A stretch of DNA of 64,000 nt from an uncultured bacterium. Its GTDB lineage: Bacteria > Chloroflexota > UBA5177 > JANWHV01. The first letter of the stretch is position 1. Every line of letters starts with the position of its first letter. Location: NCBI GenBank assembly GCA_963827235.1, contig CAWHAE010000014.1:352001-416000 (forward strand), in the 5' to 3' direction. This document shows positions 1 through 13,242 of this stretch, piece by piece. The notes under the pieces were generated by a model that worked only from the letters and a program-made list of their open reading frames with translations, searched no databases and was not told where the DNA came from. The position numbers and the translations under genes are program-made.

Positions 1-75
1 AGGGCGCCGGTCCATCCGTCGAGCCTCAAGCACTCGTCGATCGTGATCCGTAGCTCAAGATTTCGGAAATCGCAT

Positions 76-1011
76 ATGCGCGTCATAAAGATAAGTCCAA
101 GAGGTTATTGTTACGGGGTGGTAGACGCCATGCAGCTTGCCAAACGCGTGGCTCGGGATCCCGCCGTGCCGCGCCCGATCCACGTGCTCGGCCAGATAGT
201 GCACAACAAGCACGCGGTTGAAAGCCTCACCACGCTCGGCATAGTGTCCCTGGACGGCGCCGATCGCATGGCCCTGCTGGACCGGATTGACGAGGGCACT
301 GTCATATTCACGGCACACGGCGTCTCGCCGGCCATAAAGGCGGCGGCCCAGGCCAAGGGACTGAACTGCATCGATGCCACCTGCCCGGACGTAACGCGGA
401 CACACCACCTCGTCGTCGATCTGGTGTCACGCGGCTACGAGGTCATTTACGTGGGCAAGCGCGGCCATCCGGAGCCCGAGGGCGTGATCGGCGAGGCTCC
501 GGAGCACGTCCATCTCGTGGAGACCGTGGCCGACGTCAACCTGCTGTCGCTGGACGCGCCCTTGCTGGCGGTGGCTACTCAGACGACGGTCAGCCAGTGG
601 GATACCGCGGAAGTCATCGAGCGCATCAAGGCGCGCTATCCGCACGTGGAGGTCAACAACGACATCTGCCATGCCACGCTCGAGCGCCAGCAGGCCGCGG
701 TCAGCCAGGTCTCCGACGCCGACCTCGTACTCGTGGTAGGCGACGAGCGCAGCAACAACTCGCGCCGCCTCGTACAGGTCGTCCAGCAGATCGCGAATAG
801 ACCGGCGCGCCTCGTCGACTCCGTGTCGGACATCAAGCTCGAATGGCTCGACGGCGTGGAGACCGTGGCGGTCACGTCCGGTTCGTCCACGCCGACTGAG
901 ATAACTCGTGCCGTCGTCGAATACTTGCAGAGCGTCGGTGGCCGGAGCGCAGGCGAGCCTGTCGACGCTGCCGGCGACGTGTCGAGACAGCGCGCGAGTC
1001 CGCGGGCCTAA
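76..1011 (+). CDS. ispH: 4-hydroxy-3-methylbut-2-enyl diphosphate reductase
   Basis: GYCYGV, IVHN, FTAHGV, DATCPDV, GHPE, ICHAT and SNNS motifs, including three Fe-S cysteines. ATG at 76 chosen as start. Confidence 0.95.
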   Translation: MRVIKISPRGYCYGVVDAMQLAKRVARDPAVPRPIHVLGQIVHNKHAVESLTTLGIVSLDGADRMALLDRIDEGTVIFTAHGVSPAIKAAAQAKGLNCIDATCPDVTRTHHLVVDLVSRGYEVIYVGKRGHPEPEGVIGEAPEHVHLVETVADVNLLSLDAPLLAVATQTTVSQWDTAEVIERIKARYPHVEVNNDICHATLERQQAAVSQVSDADLVLVVGDERSNNSRRLVQVVQQIANRPARLVDSVSDIKLEWLDGVETVAVTSGSSTPTEITRAVVEYLQSVGGRSAGEPVDAAGDVSRQRASPRA

Positions 1012-1099
1012 CGCCGTAGCGACCGGCGACGATCGGTGCCGCCGCAGGCGTGCCGCCCAGGATCCAACGCCGAAGATCGCGCCGCTCATGGGAACTTAG

Positions 1100-1775
1100 C
1101 AGTGCCGGCCTGAACGGCACCACGCCGGTCACGACCACCTATAGCTATGACGCCGACGGCAACCAGACGGGCAGCGTAGGGCCGACCGGCACGATCACCA
1201 ACACCTGCGGTCTGCGCAACGAGCTGGTGGGCATGCAGGGACCGGCTACCAGCGTCAGCTACGTCGTGGACGGTCAGGGGGACCGCCTGCGGGAGTACGA
1301 CACCAGCCGGCAGAACTTCCAGCTGGCCACGCTGGTGCAGGACATCCGGCCGGAGGCAGGCCTCTCCAGCCTGCTCAGCGACGGCACGAACGATTACGCC
1401 TACACCGACCTGGGCAGCGGGGCGGCGCCGGTGGGCGCCTGGGGCCTGGCCACCGGTCAGTCCAGCTACCTGACGACCGACCTGCTGGGCAGCGTGCGAC
1501 TGGTGAGCACCCAGGGCCAGCAGGTGATCGGGGCGGGCGCGTATGACGCCTGGGGCAACGCCCGGCCGAATACGACGGACCTGAACGGGCAGGTGCTGCT
1601 TGCGGGGATCCTGGGCAGCCAGCCCTTCGGCTACGCGGGGCAGTATCTGGACCCAGGTAGCGGCACCCTTGAGATGCGGGCCCGAAAGTACAGTCCGTAG
1701 CAGGGGCAGTTCGAGAGCGAGGACCCGCAGGCGTCGACCGACACTGCTCCAGTGACCATCGACCTATGCGGACGG
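1100..1775 (+). pseudogene. RHS/YD-repeat associated core fragment
   Basis: YSYDADGN, YLTTDLLGSVR, YDAWGN and PFGYAGQY..MRARKYSP. An in-frame TAG at 1698-1700 is followed by QGQFESEDP, the expected continuation of the RHS core. No N-terminus and no toxin tip visible. Confidence 0.8.
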
Positions 1776-1875
1776 CCTCGAGGTGACTGGGCGCCATGAA
1801 GACATATGTCATGCCCGACACGGCGTCCTACGCCCCGCCCGGCGAGACCCAGGGCACGCGAAGGCCCCGGCTCGA

Positions 1876-2349
1876 TCAACCCGATTCATCGCGTCCTTCG
1901 CGAGCGAGGGCCGCGGCCAGACCGCGAAGCGAAGGCAGCGAGACCGTGAGCAGCGCTCTCTGCTCCGCCGATAGCCCGGCCAGAGCACGGGCTACGATCT
2001 GCAGGCGGGTGCTGATTTCCACCGCCACTGCCTCGCGACCGGAGTCTGTGATGCTGACGCGAACCTGGCGCCAATCCTTGTCGTCATGCCTGCGGTCGAC
2101 CAGGCCTTTCCGGAGCAGAATGCGCACGGTCGCCGTCATGGTCGGACCGGTGACGCCGATCGCGGCCGCGAGATCCAGCATTGAACTGGGACCGCTGTCC
2201 GCCAGCCGGCGCAGCACCGCTGCCTGGCTCCTCGTGATCACCACACCGTGCGCCTCGACGTCTCGATCGGCGATATGGGCGATGGCCGCCGCGGCTTCAA
2301 GCAGAGCAGCGCCCAGTTCGTGCATATCGGAGGTACCGGTCACGTCCAC
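1876..2349 (-). CDS. MarR family transcriptional regulator
   Basis: [40 protein letters not shown] winged-helix pattern. GGAGG lies 6 nt before the GTG. Confidence 0.88.
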   Translation of the reverse strand: MDVTGTSDMHELGAALLEAAAAIAHIADRDVEAHGVVITRSQAAVLRRLADSGPSSMLDLAAAIGVTGPTMTATVRILLRKGLVDRRHDDKDWRQVRVSITDSGREAVAVEISTRLQIVARALAGLSAEQRALLTVSLPSLRGLAAALAREGRDESG

Positions 2350-2522
2350 GCTGATCCTCCCGGCAGATATCGGTCACGTTCTCACGGGGCTCCGTGCCCG
2401 GCACACTTCGCAATCACCAAGCAGAAGCGGCCACGCCACCGGACCATCGGGCCCTGCCCCGCTGCGTGCGGTCTGGACAGCGTCGTGGCCGGCCGTCCCG
2501 GCCCACTGCTGTCTACCACTTT

Positions 2523-2551
2523 GTTTTACTGGCGAATAGATTGGAAGTCAA
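2523..2551 (-). promoter_or_regulatory. putative sigma70 promoter for the marR-like gene
   Basis: Minus strand TTGACT-N17-TAAAAC in an AT-rich patch. Confidence 0.35.
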
Positions 2552-2664
2552 TGCACTGGGCCAGCGGTGGCGGCGTTGGTCGTATCATCAGGGAGGCGCC
2601 ATCATGCCTGACGGGCAGTACTGCCGTCGTCGGCGCGGCGAGGAGACAAGTTGACGGAGGGACA

Positions 2665-3357
2665 ATGGCAGAAGTACTCCACTATCGGCCCGAAGGCATT
2701 CGCATCGCACCCTCTATCCTCACTGCTGATCTGGGCCGGCTTGCCGAGAGCATACGCGCGGCCGAGGCCGGCGGCGCGGACTGGATCCACCTGGACGTCA
2801 TGGACGGCCGGTTCGTACCGAACATCTCCTTCGGACCTCTCATCGTGGCGGCAGTGCGTAACGCCACCAACCTTCCGCTCGACGTGCATCTCATGATCGT
2901 GGAGCCAGAGCACTTTGTCCCGGCCTTTGTCGACGCCGGAGCAACATCGATCACGGTGCAGGCCGAGGCATGTTTGCACCTGCATCGCCAACTGCACCAG
3001 ATCCGCGATCGGGGAGCGCGCGCCGGCGTGGCACTCAATCCGGCAACGCCGCTCAGTGCGGTCGAAGAGGTTACTGCGGACATGGACCTGCTCCTGGTCA
3101 TGACCGTGAACCCAGGCTTCGGCGGCCAGTCGTTCATCCCGCATAGCCTCGACAAGGTCAGGCGAGCCCGGGACATGCTCGCCCGGCTCGGGTCGGCCGC
3201 GAGTTTGCAGGTGGACGGCGGTATTGACGCCGGCAACATCGGCACCGTGGCGCATGCCGGCGCCGACGTCTTTGTCACCGGGTCATCCGTCTTCAACCAG
3301 AAGCACACGGTCGCCGAGTCGATTGCCCTCTTGAGGCAGGCACTGAAAAACGGTTGA
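2665..3357 (+). CDS. rpe: ribulose-phosphate 3-epimerase
   Basis: [46 protein letters not shown] before ATG 2665. Confidence 0.96.
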   Translation: MAEVLHYRPEGIRIAPSILTADLGRLAESIRAAEAGGADWIHLDVMDGRFVPNISFGPLIVAAVRNATNLPLDVHLMIVEPEHFVPAFVDAGATSITVQAEACLHLHRQLHQIRDRGARAGVALNPATPLSAVEEVTADMDLLLVMTVNPGFGGQSFIPHSLDKVRRARDMLARLGSAASLQVDGGIDAGNIGTVAHAGADVFVTGSSVFNQKHTVAESIALLRQALKNG

Positions 3358-3441
3358 CGGCAGGGGAGTCGGTCCACCACGGCGTGTCCGAAGCCCTGGT
3401 CGCCTCGGCGGAACACTCGACTGCTGGACAGATCGGTTCGA

Positions 3442-4197
3442 CTACGACCGAGCCTGCTGTTTGACTTTCAGCCTGTCTAGTATGACCTGCCTGGCCCGAA
3501 GCTCGGCCGAGTCGTCTAGGGCGCGCAAAGGCTCCTCGTGCCCGCTCCGACTCAGCGCCAGTTGGATCAGGTGGTCGGCAAAGTCCGGATTCTTGGGCAG
3601 CAGGGAGCCGTGCAGGTAGGTGCCGAACGCGTTGCCTTCCACCGCTCCTTCGTTGCCGTCCCGGCCATTGTTGCCGTTGCCGCTGACGACGCGGGCCAGC
3701 GGCGCGGACCCGGTCAGCATCGTTCGCCCGCCATGGTTCTCGAAGCCGACGAGCCAACCTGACTCCCGTCGAGCGACAACGTTGCCCACGCAGCGCTTGA
3801 CATGGCTCCCTGGATGGACCGTATGCGCCCGGAAGTGGCCCAGTCCCGGCAGCGGATCGCCGTCGGCAGGCTTGTAGTACTCGGCAAGCAGCTGGAAGCC
3901 GCCACATACGGCCAGGCAGACCAGGCCTGCACTGAGCGCCTCCTTTAGCCCATCAGCCTTAAACAGCAGGAGGTCGTCCGCCGCTATGGTCTGCTGGCGG
4001 TCTTCCCCGCCACCCATGAACGCGAGGTCGTAGTGCGTGAAGTCAGGCTGCTCTTTGAGGTCGACCTCGTCGATCCGGAGGTCGATGTCGCGCCACTCGC
4101 AACGTCGCTGCAGGCAGACCACGTTACCCTGATCGCTGTAGAGGTTCATCAGCTTGGGGTAGAGATACGCCAGCCGCATAGTGATCCGCGCGCTCAT
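3442..4197 (-). CDS. gatD: CobQ-like glutamine amidotransferase, lipid II isoglutaminyl synthase subunit
   Basis: LYPKLMNLYSDQGN, VCGGFQLL (catalytic Cys), GFENHGG, TYLHGSLLPKNP. Start abuts/overlaps the murT stop. Confidence 0.9.
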   Translation of the reverse strand: MSARITMRLAYLYPKLMNLYSDQGNVVCLQRRCEWRDIDLRIDEVDLKEQPDFTHYDLAFMGGGEDRQQTIAADDLLLFKADGLKEALSAGLVCLAVCGGFQLLAEYYKPADGDPLPGLGHFRAHTVHPGSHVKRCVGNVVARRESGWLVGFENHGGRTMLTGSAPLARVVSGNGNNGRDGNEGAVEGNAFGTYLHGSLLPKNPDFADHLIQLALSRSGHEEPLRALDDSAELRARQVILDRLKVKQQARS

Positions 4198-5654
4198 CAG
4201 GCCCTCCGCCAGTACTGCTCGACATGGCCGGCTCGGGCGAGCTCCGAGCGCGCCGCCAGCATGGCCGTATACGTCGCCAGGATAGTCACACTCCTCTTCG
4301 CGGCCGTCATGTCGATCGCTCGCTGGACGGCCTGGCCCAGATCTCGAGAGACCACGACCGGCGCGCGAGTCTGACCGCCGTATTTCACGCGCAAGGCCAT
4401 GTCCTCGGCCCTCGTGCCTCCACATACCAGCGGCCCCGTCCACGGCAAGAGAATCTCCAGCGACGCGTCCCAGATCCAGCTCACGTCCTCTCCGTCCGCG
4501 GCATTGTCACTCAACAGCAGCACGAGAGTCGACTCGCGGTCGCCCGCTGCTACGAGGCGGAACACTTCGTCGGCGCCGGTTGGGTTCTTGATCAGGAACA
4601 ACCGGACCTCCTGGCCACTCACCATCACTCTCTCGCCGCGTCCGAACGCACCGTGCGCATCGCCCACCGCGCGCGCGGCAGTCTCAAGGGGCGTGCCCGC
4701 CGCCACCGCCGTGGCCACGGCTGCCAGCGCGTTATACACGTTGTAGCGACCGGCCAGGACCACCCGACAGGACACGCGATCGTCGAAGGCGTGAATCTCC
4801 ATGGCGCTGCCGTCCGCGTTCAGCACCGGCAGCGACGCGCAGACACCCGGCACCGGCCGGCCATAGCCGCATCCGTCACAGTGGTAGTGCCCGAGATGGG
4901 AGTATGAGATCATGGTGAACCGCAGCCCGGCGGAGCAACGCGGGCAATATATCGAATCGGCCGAAAGTGCCGGCTGCGAGCCGTTCCGGCTCTCCTCCAT
5001 CCAGCCGGACACGCCGTAAAACACTACCGGACCGGGAGCGCCTTGCGCGAGAGACGTAACCAGTGGATCGTCAGCGTTGAGAACGAGCGTCGACGTGCTG
5101 GGCAGCTTCGCCACGGCCGCTTGCCAGCGCGCCGCCGTCGTAGCGATCTCGCCGTAGCGGTCGAGCTGATCGCGAAACAGATTGGTCAGGGTGACGATCC
5201 GCGGCTTCAGCTCGTCCAGCACGGCGGGCAGCGCCGCCTCGTCCACCTCGAACAGGCCGGACAGATCCAAGGAACGTCTCAGGCGGCCGGTAGGGCTGGA
5301 CTCGCCCAGAAGAGTCGTGGCGATGCCGCGCATCATGTTGGAGCCGGCCCGGTTGTGAATTACCCGTCTGCCTCCTGCCCTCAGCGCTTCGGCAATCCAG
5401 GCAGACGTGGTGGTCTTACCGTTGGTGCCGGCCACGACGATGGCGCCGTCGCCGAGCTGCGACGCGAGCATCTGCACGGCATGGGGCTCTATACGCAGGC
5501 TGACAAGTCCCGGCAGGCTGGTAGCGCCATGGCCGAGCAGCCGGCTGACCACTGCCGCACCCCGCCCCGCCGCGAGTGCCGAAGCGAGCCGCAGCCTGCG
5601 CCCCGGCTCAAAAGGGAATCCTCTCCCGACTTCCTCGCCGCGCTTACCTCTCAC
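4197..5654 (-). CDS. murT: Mur ligase family protein, lipid II isoglutaminyl synthase subunit
   Basis: GTNGKTTT, NRAGSNM, FEVDE, TNLFRDQLDRYGE, CPRC..CDGC zinc finger, LIKNPTG, DVSWIWD, TYTAML. Start is uncertain (5654, 5714 or 5759). Confidence 0.9.
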   Translation of the reverse strand: MRGKRGEEVGRGFPFEPGRRLRLASALAAGRGAAVVSRLLGHGATSLPGLVSLRIEPHAVQMLASQLGDGAIVVAGTNGKTTTSAWIAEALRAGGRRVIHNRAGSNMMRGIATTLLGESSPTGRLRRSLDLSGLFEVDEAALPAVLDELKPRIVTLTNLFRDQLDRYGEIATTAARWQAAVAKLPSTSTLVLNADDPLVTSLAQGAPGPVVFYGVSGWMEESRNGSQPALSADSIYCPRCSAGLRFTMISYSHLGHYHCDGCGYGRPVPGVCASLPVLNADGSAMEIHAFDDRVSCRVVLAGRYNVYNALAAVATAVAAGTPLETAARAVGDAHGAFGRGERVMVSGQEVRLFLIKNPTGADEVFRLVAAGDRESTLVLLLSDNAADGEDVSWIWDASLEILLPWTGPLVCGGTRAEDMALRVKYGGQTRAPVVVSRDLGQAVQRAIDMTAAKRSVTILATYTAMLAARSELARAGHVEQYWRRA

Positions 5655-6131
5655 CAATTCACCTCGAAGCCGGAATGAATCCGCACCCGGCGCGCCGTGG
5701 CTCGGCGGGCTCATCGGATCGTGCCTACCCGGCCCAGTGTCGGGACGACCCGCCTTCAACGCACAGGCTGCCCAAGGTGCTCGTGGCGCCGTTGAACGTC
5801 GACACGCCGGCGCACCGCCACCACTGCAGCCGTGCAGCCGGCCGGCATGCGACAGGGATGCTCCTGTTCCACCGGCAACGGTCCATCGCTAGGTTCTGAC
5901 AGCATGGTGCCACCATCGCGCCTTCGGAGCAAGGCACAACTCGCTACCCCTGCGAGGCGTCGTGGTCCGGCCCGTGACCTGACTCGGGCCACACACGACG
6001 TGTCCCGAAAGGCGCGGAGCGTATATCATTTCGTTGTGCCGACGTGAACCGTGTGCTAGACTACCCCATGCCGTTCATGCTTCTTGCGCTCCTGTCAAGC
6101 GTGGTCGCTTGCCACTCATAAGGACGGGTTG

Positions 6132-8800
<2,669 letters not shown>

Positions 8801-8814
<14 letters not shown>

Positions 8815-9923
8815 CAGGATCCTCTCCCTGGACGAAGTTCGCGAGAAGATAGCGGCACTTCGGGCGCGCCTCGAAGGCCTCCTGGTGCGTCTTTGACGCG
8901 CCAGGAAAGCGCAGTCAGATACAGGAGCTCGAGCAGCAGGCGTCGGCCAGCACGCTGTGGGACGATCCGGCGCATGCCGCCGCCCTGATGCAGAAGCTGA
9001 CAGTACTCAAAGACAAGCTCAGCCGTTGGGACGCAATGTCGGACCATCTGGCGGAGCTGGGTGAGATGGTGGAGCTTGCCGATGGCGATCAGGGCTTCCT
9101 GAGCGAGATCGGCGGCCAGGTCGAGGAGGTTGCGGTTGACCTCGACAAGGGTGAGCTGGATCTCATGCTCGACAAACCTTACGCGGACCACAATGCCGTC
9201 GTGACGATCACCACCGGTGCGGGCGGTATCGATGCCCAGGACTGGACGGCGATGCTCACACGCATGTACCTCAGGTGGGCCGAGCGCCGTGGCTTCAAAG
9301 CGGAGCTCATCGAGAGCACCGAAGGTGAGGAGGCCGGCTTCAAGAACACGACCATCGAGGTCGACGGGCTCTATGCCTACGGATATCTGCTCTCGGAGAG
9401 GGGCAGCCATCGACTCGTCCGCCTCTCGCCGTTCGACTCGGCTCACCGGCGCCAGACGAGCTTCTCTGCCGTGGAAGTGCTGCCCGCCATCGACGAAGGT
9501 GCACCCGAGATCGTGATAGACGCCAAGGATATCCGCGAGGATCACTATCGTTCTACCGGCGCGGGAGGCCAGAATGTGAACAAGGTGTCGTCAGCCGTGC
9601 GGCTCACGCACCTGCCGACGGGCATCGTCGTCACCTGTCAGAACGAGCGCTCACAGCTACAGAACCGCCAGGTCGCGATGACTATCCTGCAGGCGAAGCT
9701 GCTGGACCTCGAGCTTCAGCGGCGGGAAGAGGAGCAGGCAAGACTGCGTGGCGAGCCGATCGCGGCGAACTTCGGCAATCGCGACCGCTCGTACGTGCTG
9801 CACCCCTACACGGCGGTCAAAGACGAGCGCACCGGCTACGAGACCACGGATGTCTACGGAGTGCTTGACGGCGATCTCGATCCATTGATGGAGGCTTTTC
9901 TCCGCGTTCAGATGCAAGTGTAG
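8801..9923 (+). CDS. prfB: peptide chain release factor 2 (programmed +1 frameshift)
   Basis: An ORF from ATG 8801 ends at CTT TGA C (8891-8897). The +1 frame continues into the SPF and GGQ motifs. Confidence 0.95.
8884..8897 (+). promoter_or_regulatory. prfB +1 frameshift site with internal SD-like GGTG
   Basis: GGTG-CGT-CTT-TGA-C. Confidence 0.9.
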
Positions 9924-9975
9924 TGCCGTTGTGCCCGGCTCCGCGAGGAGACCCGGGCGATAGGAACCGTGCTCC

Positions 9976-11193
9976 ATGCGTAACCAGGGTAACCGGGGCA
10001 TAGTCACTGCCGTCGCGGCGGTCCTCATTCTAGGTGTCATGGCTACCAGCTTCGCGGCAGGCGTGAGCATCGGCTCCACACACCAGGACGACAAGCAGTA
10101 TGCAATCGGCGGCCAGCCGGTGCCGGCCAACATGCGTCAGTCGTTGGATGAGCTTCTGCTCGCCTACCAGGCGCTGAACTCCGACAGCTACTGGCGGCCG
10201 TTCGACCAGAAACAGTTGCTCCAGGGCGCGATTGCAGGCCTGGTAGACGACTGTTGCCCAAGCGACCAGCACACTGTCTTTCTTCCGCCGGCAGACACCG
10301 CCTATCAGCTTCAGCAGCTCAACGACCAGCTCGTATACGGCATCGGCGCGAGCGTGAAGCAAACCAGCGGCGGCCTGCAAATCACGGCGCTAGGCTATGG
10401 ATCGCCCGCCGTAAGAGCAGGGCTGAAGCAAGGCGACGTAATAGCCGGAGTGGACGGCAAGGATATCAGGCACCTGACGTCGGACAAATCGCTGGCGCTG
10501 ATCCACGGCAAGAGCGGTACCGTAGTCAGGCTCTCCATCCAGCGCGCGCCGCGCCCGCTGCCCATTGTCGTAAGCGTCGTGCGCGGCGCCGTGCCCACGG
10601 TCATGTACTCCACAAGCGGATCGATAGGCGTGATCAGCTTCGCGGTGTTCAGCACGGACTCCGCGCAGGGCGTGCAGGGCGCGCTCCGTCTCTTGCTCAA
10701 CGTGCAGCATGTGAAGCGCCTGGTGATCGACCTTCGCAATAACCTGGGCGGGTACGTCGAACAAGCTCGCCAGATTGCCAGCGAGTTCCTGCCCAAGAAT
10801 GCGGTCATCTGGTGGGACAGGACTAATCAAGGCAACAATGTGTATCGCTCTACGGCCAACCGGGTGGTATCTCCGGGTATCGCCCAGCACGTCCCGATTG
10901 CCGTGCTGGTAAACGGTAGCACCGCCAGCGCCGCCGAGATCTTGGCCGCCGCGCTACAGGAGAACGGACGCGCGCAGGTCGTGGGCACGGAGACCTATGG
11001 CAAAGGAAGCGAGCAGGAGGAGAGACAGCTTCCCGACGGTTCGAGCCTCAGAATCACCACCACACTGTGGCTGACGCCCAAGCAGCATCAGGTGGAAGGC
11101 CAGGGCATCAAGCCGGACATCGTCGTGCAGCCGTCGAGCAGCGGGGATGCTCAGCTCCAGCGGGCCGAGCAGTACCTGCTGAAGGCCTCGTGA
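9976..11193 (+). CDS. ctpA: S41 family carboxyl-terminal processing protease (PDZ domain)
   Basis: N-terminal TM/signal, GIGA PDZ loop, DLRNNLGG, TASAAE (Ser), TYGKGS (Lys), GIKPD. Confidence 0.92.
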   Translation: MRNQGNRGIVTAVAAVLILGVMATSFAAGVSIGSTHQDDKQYAIGGQPVPANMRQSLDELLLAYQALNSDSYWRPFDQKQLLQGAIAGLVDDCCPSDQHTVFLPPADTAYQLQQLNDQLVYGIGASVKQTSGGLQITALGYGSPAVRAGLKQGDVIAGVDGKDIRHLTSDKSLALIHGKSGTVVRLSIQRAPRPLPIVVSVVRGAVPTVMYSTSGSIGVISFAVFSTDSAQGVQGALRLLLNVQHVKRLVIDLRNNLGGYVEQARQIASEFLPKNAVIWWDRTNQGNNVYRSTANRVVSPGIAQHVPIAVLVNGSTASAAEILAAALQENGRAQVVGTETYGKGSEQEERQLPDGSSLRITTTLWLTPKQHQVEGQGIKPDIVVQPSSSGDAQLQRAEQYLLKAS

Positions 11194-11241
11194 TGAGCCG
11201 CGATCGCTCGGTCGCCGCGCGACGCGGTCGGAGCTGAGAGC

Positions 11242-11511
11242 GTGTCGCCTCAGCTCCTCCTCGTGCTAATCATTGCCTTCGTCGTCGCCAGCCTCGTCGG
11301 CCTTTCCACGCGAAAGCCCCTGTACTATCTGCCGGTGTATTGGGCCATGAGCGTCGTGGCGCTGCTGATCGGACAGGTGCTCGGACGAGCGGCCGGCGTG
11401 ACCTTGCTGTGTGTAGGCTCTGTGGAAGTGGGAGCCGGCTTGGCCTGCAACGTCGCCCTGTTCACCGGCCTGAGGGTTGCGGCCGTATGGTATAATCAGT
11501 CCCGTAGTTAG
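11242..11511 (+). CDS. small 3-TM membrane protein
   Basis: Strongly hydrophobic 89 aa ORF that fills the gap between co-oriented genes. Confidence 0.65.
   Translation: MSPQLLLVLIIAFVVASLVGLSTRKPLYYLPVYWAMSVVALLIGQVLGRAAGVTLLCVGSVEVGAGLACNVALFTGLRVAAVWYNQSRS
11488..11496 (+). promoter_or_regulatory. extended -10 promoter element
   Basis: Perfect TGGTATAAT upstream of the YtxH-like gene. Confidence 0.5.
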
Positions 11512-11532
11512 GTCTGGAAGATGGGTGTTGCC

Positions 11533-11853
11533 ATGTCTCGGACCGGAGGACTAGTCTCTGGACTCGTGGTGGGCGCGGCGCTCGGAGGCGGGCTAGCCAT
11601 TCTGCTGTCCGTTCGCGCCAACGTCGCGATGCCTGTTTCCAGCGAACGTGGCTCGCGTCTTGCAAGGCCGACCCCGTTCGAGCCGATTAATGGTCTTGTC
11701 CAGCGGGTGAGACTGTTTGTCGACGACGTGAGAACGCAGATCCAACAGGCTGTCGAGGAAGGTCGTGCCACCGCCGAGACGACCAGGAAAGAGCTCACCG
11801 AGCAGTTCGAGGCGGCCAAGAAAGCTCCGAAGACAGACCAGAAGCCGCGGTAA
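11533..11853 (+). CDS. YtxH-like protein
   Basis: GLVVGAALGGGLAILL hydrophobic N-terminus followed by a charged helical region. Alternative start at 11521. Confidence 0.65.
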   Translation: MSRTGGLVSGLVVGAALGGGLAILLSVRANVAMPVSSERGSRLARPTPFEPINGLVQRVRLFVDDVRTQIQQAVEEGRATAETTRKELTEQFEAAKKAPKTDQKPR

Positions 11854-11988
11854 GCCGGCGCAATTCCTTCAAAAACGGTGGATAGCGCCTTTGCGGTGCG
11901 TTGCCATTCACGACACCATGGAGGGTAGGCGTGGCTCTGCCACACCTGCTCTCTTTTTTGTTCGCTATAGAGGTCGGTGCGCAGGACA

Positions 11989-13242
11989 ATGCCGGTGTTT
12001 CCGCTCAGGTTCCACAAAGGCTCTCAGGTGGCCTGTGCCGCCCTCGACGTCGGCACGGAATACGCCAAGGCCCTGGTCTTCACACTCGAGAACGGCATCG
12101 GCGTGGTACGCGGCTTCGGCCGGCATAGGCAGAGCAGGACGGCCATGGAAGGAGGTCTGATCACCGACATCAGTGCTGTCGTGGAGAACTGCCAGGCCGC
12201 GTTGAGCGATGCGGAGCAGATGGCCGGCCTGGCAAGCAAGCGCGCGGTCGTCGGACTGGCAGGTGAGCTCGTCAAGGGAATGGCCACTGCCATGACCGTC
12301 GAGCGCGAAAGGCCCTCAGAGCCGCTCGGCAAGGAGGAGATAGAAGACGCGCTGGAGCGCGTACAGCGCCTGGCGCTGCGGCGTGCGACCGACCGGCTCT
12401 CGGCGGAGATGGATCAGCCCACCGTCGACGTCCGGCTGGTGAACTCGTCGGTTGTCTCCATGAAGATGGACGGTCATGCGGTCACCAATCCGCTCGGTTT
12501 TCAGGGCCGCTATCTCCAAATCACGGTCTTCAATGCCTTCGCGCCCCTCGTCCACGTAGGAGCATCGGAATCGATAGCGCGCCACCTCAGCCTTGAGCTA
12601 CTGAGCGTGGTGGCCGAACCTTACGCCGTGGCAAGCTGCCTGGTGCCAGCATTCGGTTCGGACTCAGGTGGTATCTTCATCGACATCGGCGGCGGAACAA
12701 CGGACATCGCAATGGTGCGGAACGGCGGCCTGGAAGCCACGCAGTCGTTCGCGCTGGCGGGGCGCGCCTTTACCCGTCGCCTGGCGATGGACCGCGGCAT
12801 CGATCTCGACGCCGCCGAGAAGCTGAAGCTCCAATATGCCCGAGGCGAGCTTGGCGTCGGTGAGGTACGCTCGATCAGGACGGTGCTCGAGCGCGACGTA
12901 ACGACGTGGATCGACGGAGTGCAGCTCATGCTCGAAGAGTTGGGCGGCGATGGTCGGCTGCCGCCCCACGTCTATCTATGCGGCGGCGCCTCAGGGCTGC
13001 CGGATATCGTGCAGGCGCTGAGGCAGTTTCCCTGGGTGGAGCAGCTTCCCTGCGCCCGTCCCCCGAGGATAATGCTCGTCGAGCCGGCCGACGTCACGTG
13101 TATGCACGATGAGACGGGCGGACTAACCACGCCGCAGGACATCACGGCTCTCGGCCTGGCTTTTCAGGTACTGGCTATGGAGCGCCCAGCCTCGATCGCC
13201 GCCGACGCGCTGGTCCGCGCCGTTCGCATTCTGAGGCTCTAG
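11989..13242 (+). CDS. FtsA/PilM-like actin-fold ATPase
   Basis: ALDVGT, MEGGLITDI, VVAEPYA, IDIGGGTTD, AEKLK, LCGGASGLP. Not next to ftsZ. Confidence 0.85.
   Translation: MPVFPLRFHKGSQVACAALDVGTEYAKALVFTLENGIGVVRGFGRHRQSRTAMEGGLITDISAVVENCQAALSDAEQMAGLASKRAVVGLAGELVKGMATAMTVERERPSEPLGKEEIEDALERVQRLALRRATDRLSAEMDQPTVDVRLVNSSVVSMKMDGHAVTNPLGFQGRYLQITVFNAFAPLVHVGASESIARHLSLELLSVVAEPYAVASCLVPAFGSDSGGIFIDIGGGTTDIAMVRNGGLEATQSFALAGRAFTRRLAMDRGIDLDAAEKLKLQYARGELGVGEVRSIRTVLERDVTTWIDGVQLMLEELGGDGRLPPHVYLCGGASGLPDIVQALRQFPWVEQLPCARPPRIMLVEPADVTCMHDETGGLTTPQDITALGLAFQVLAMERPASIAADALVRAVRILRL

Noticed and set aside
5760-6131. Possible SecM-like leader upstream of secA
   Set aside because: The short + strand ORFs lack a hydrophobic segment or RAP/RAGP-like end. 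The region is a divergent promoter gap with murT.
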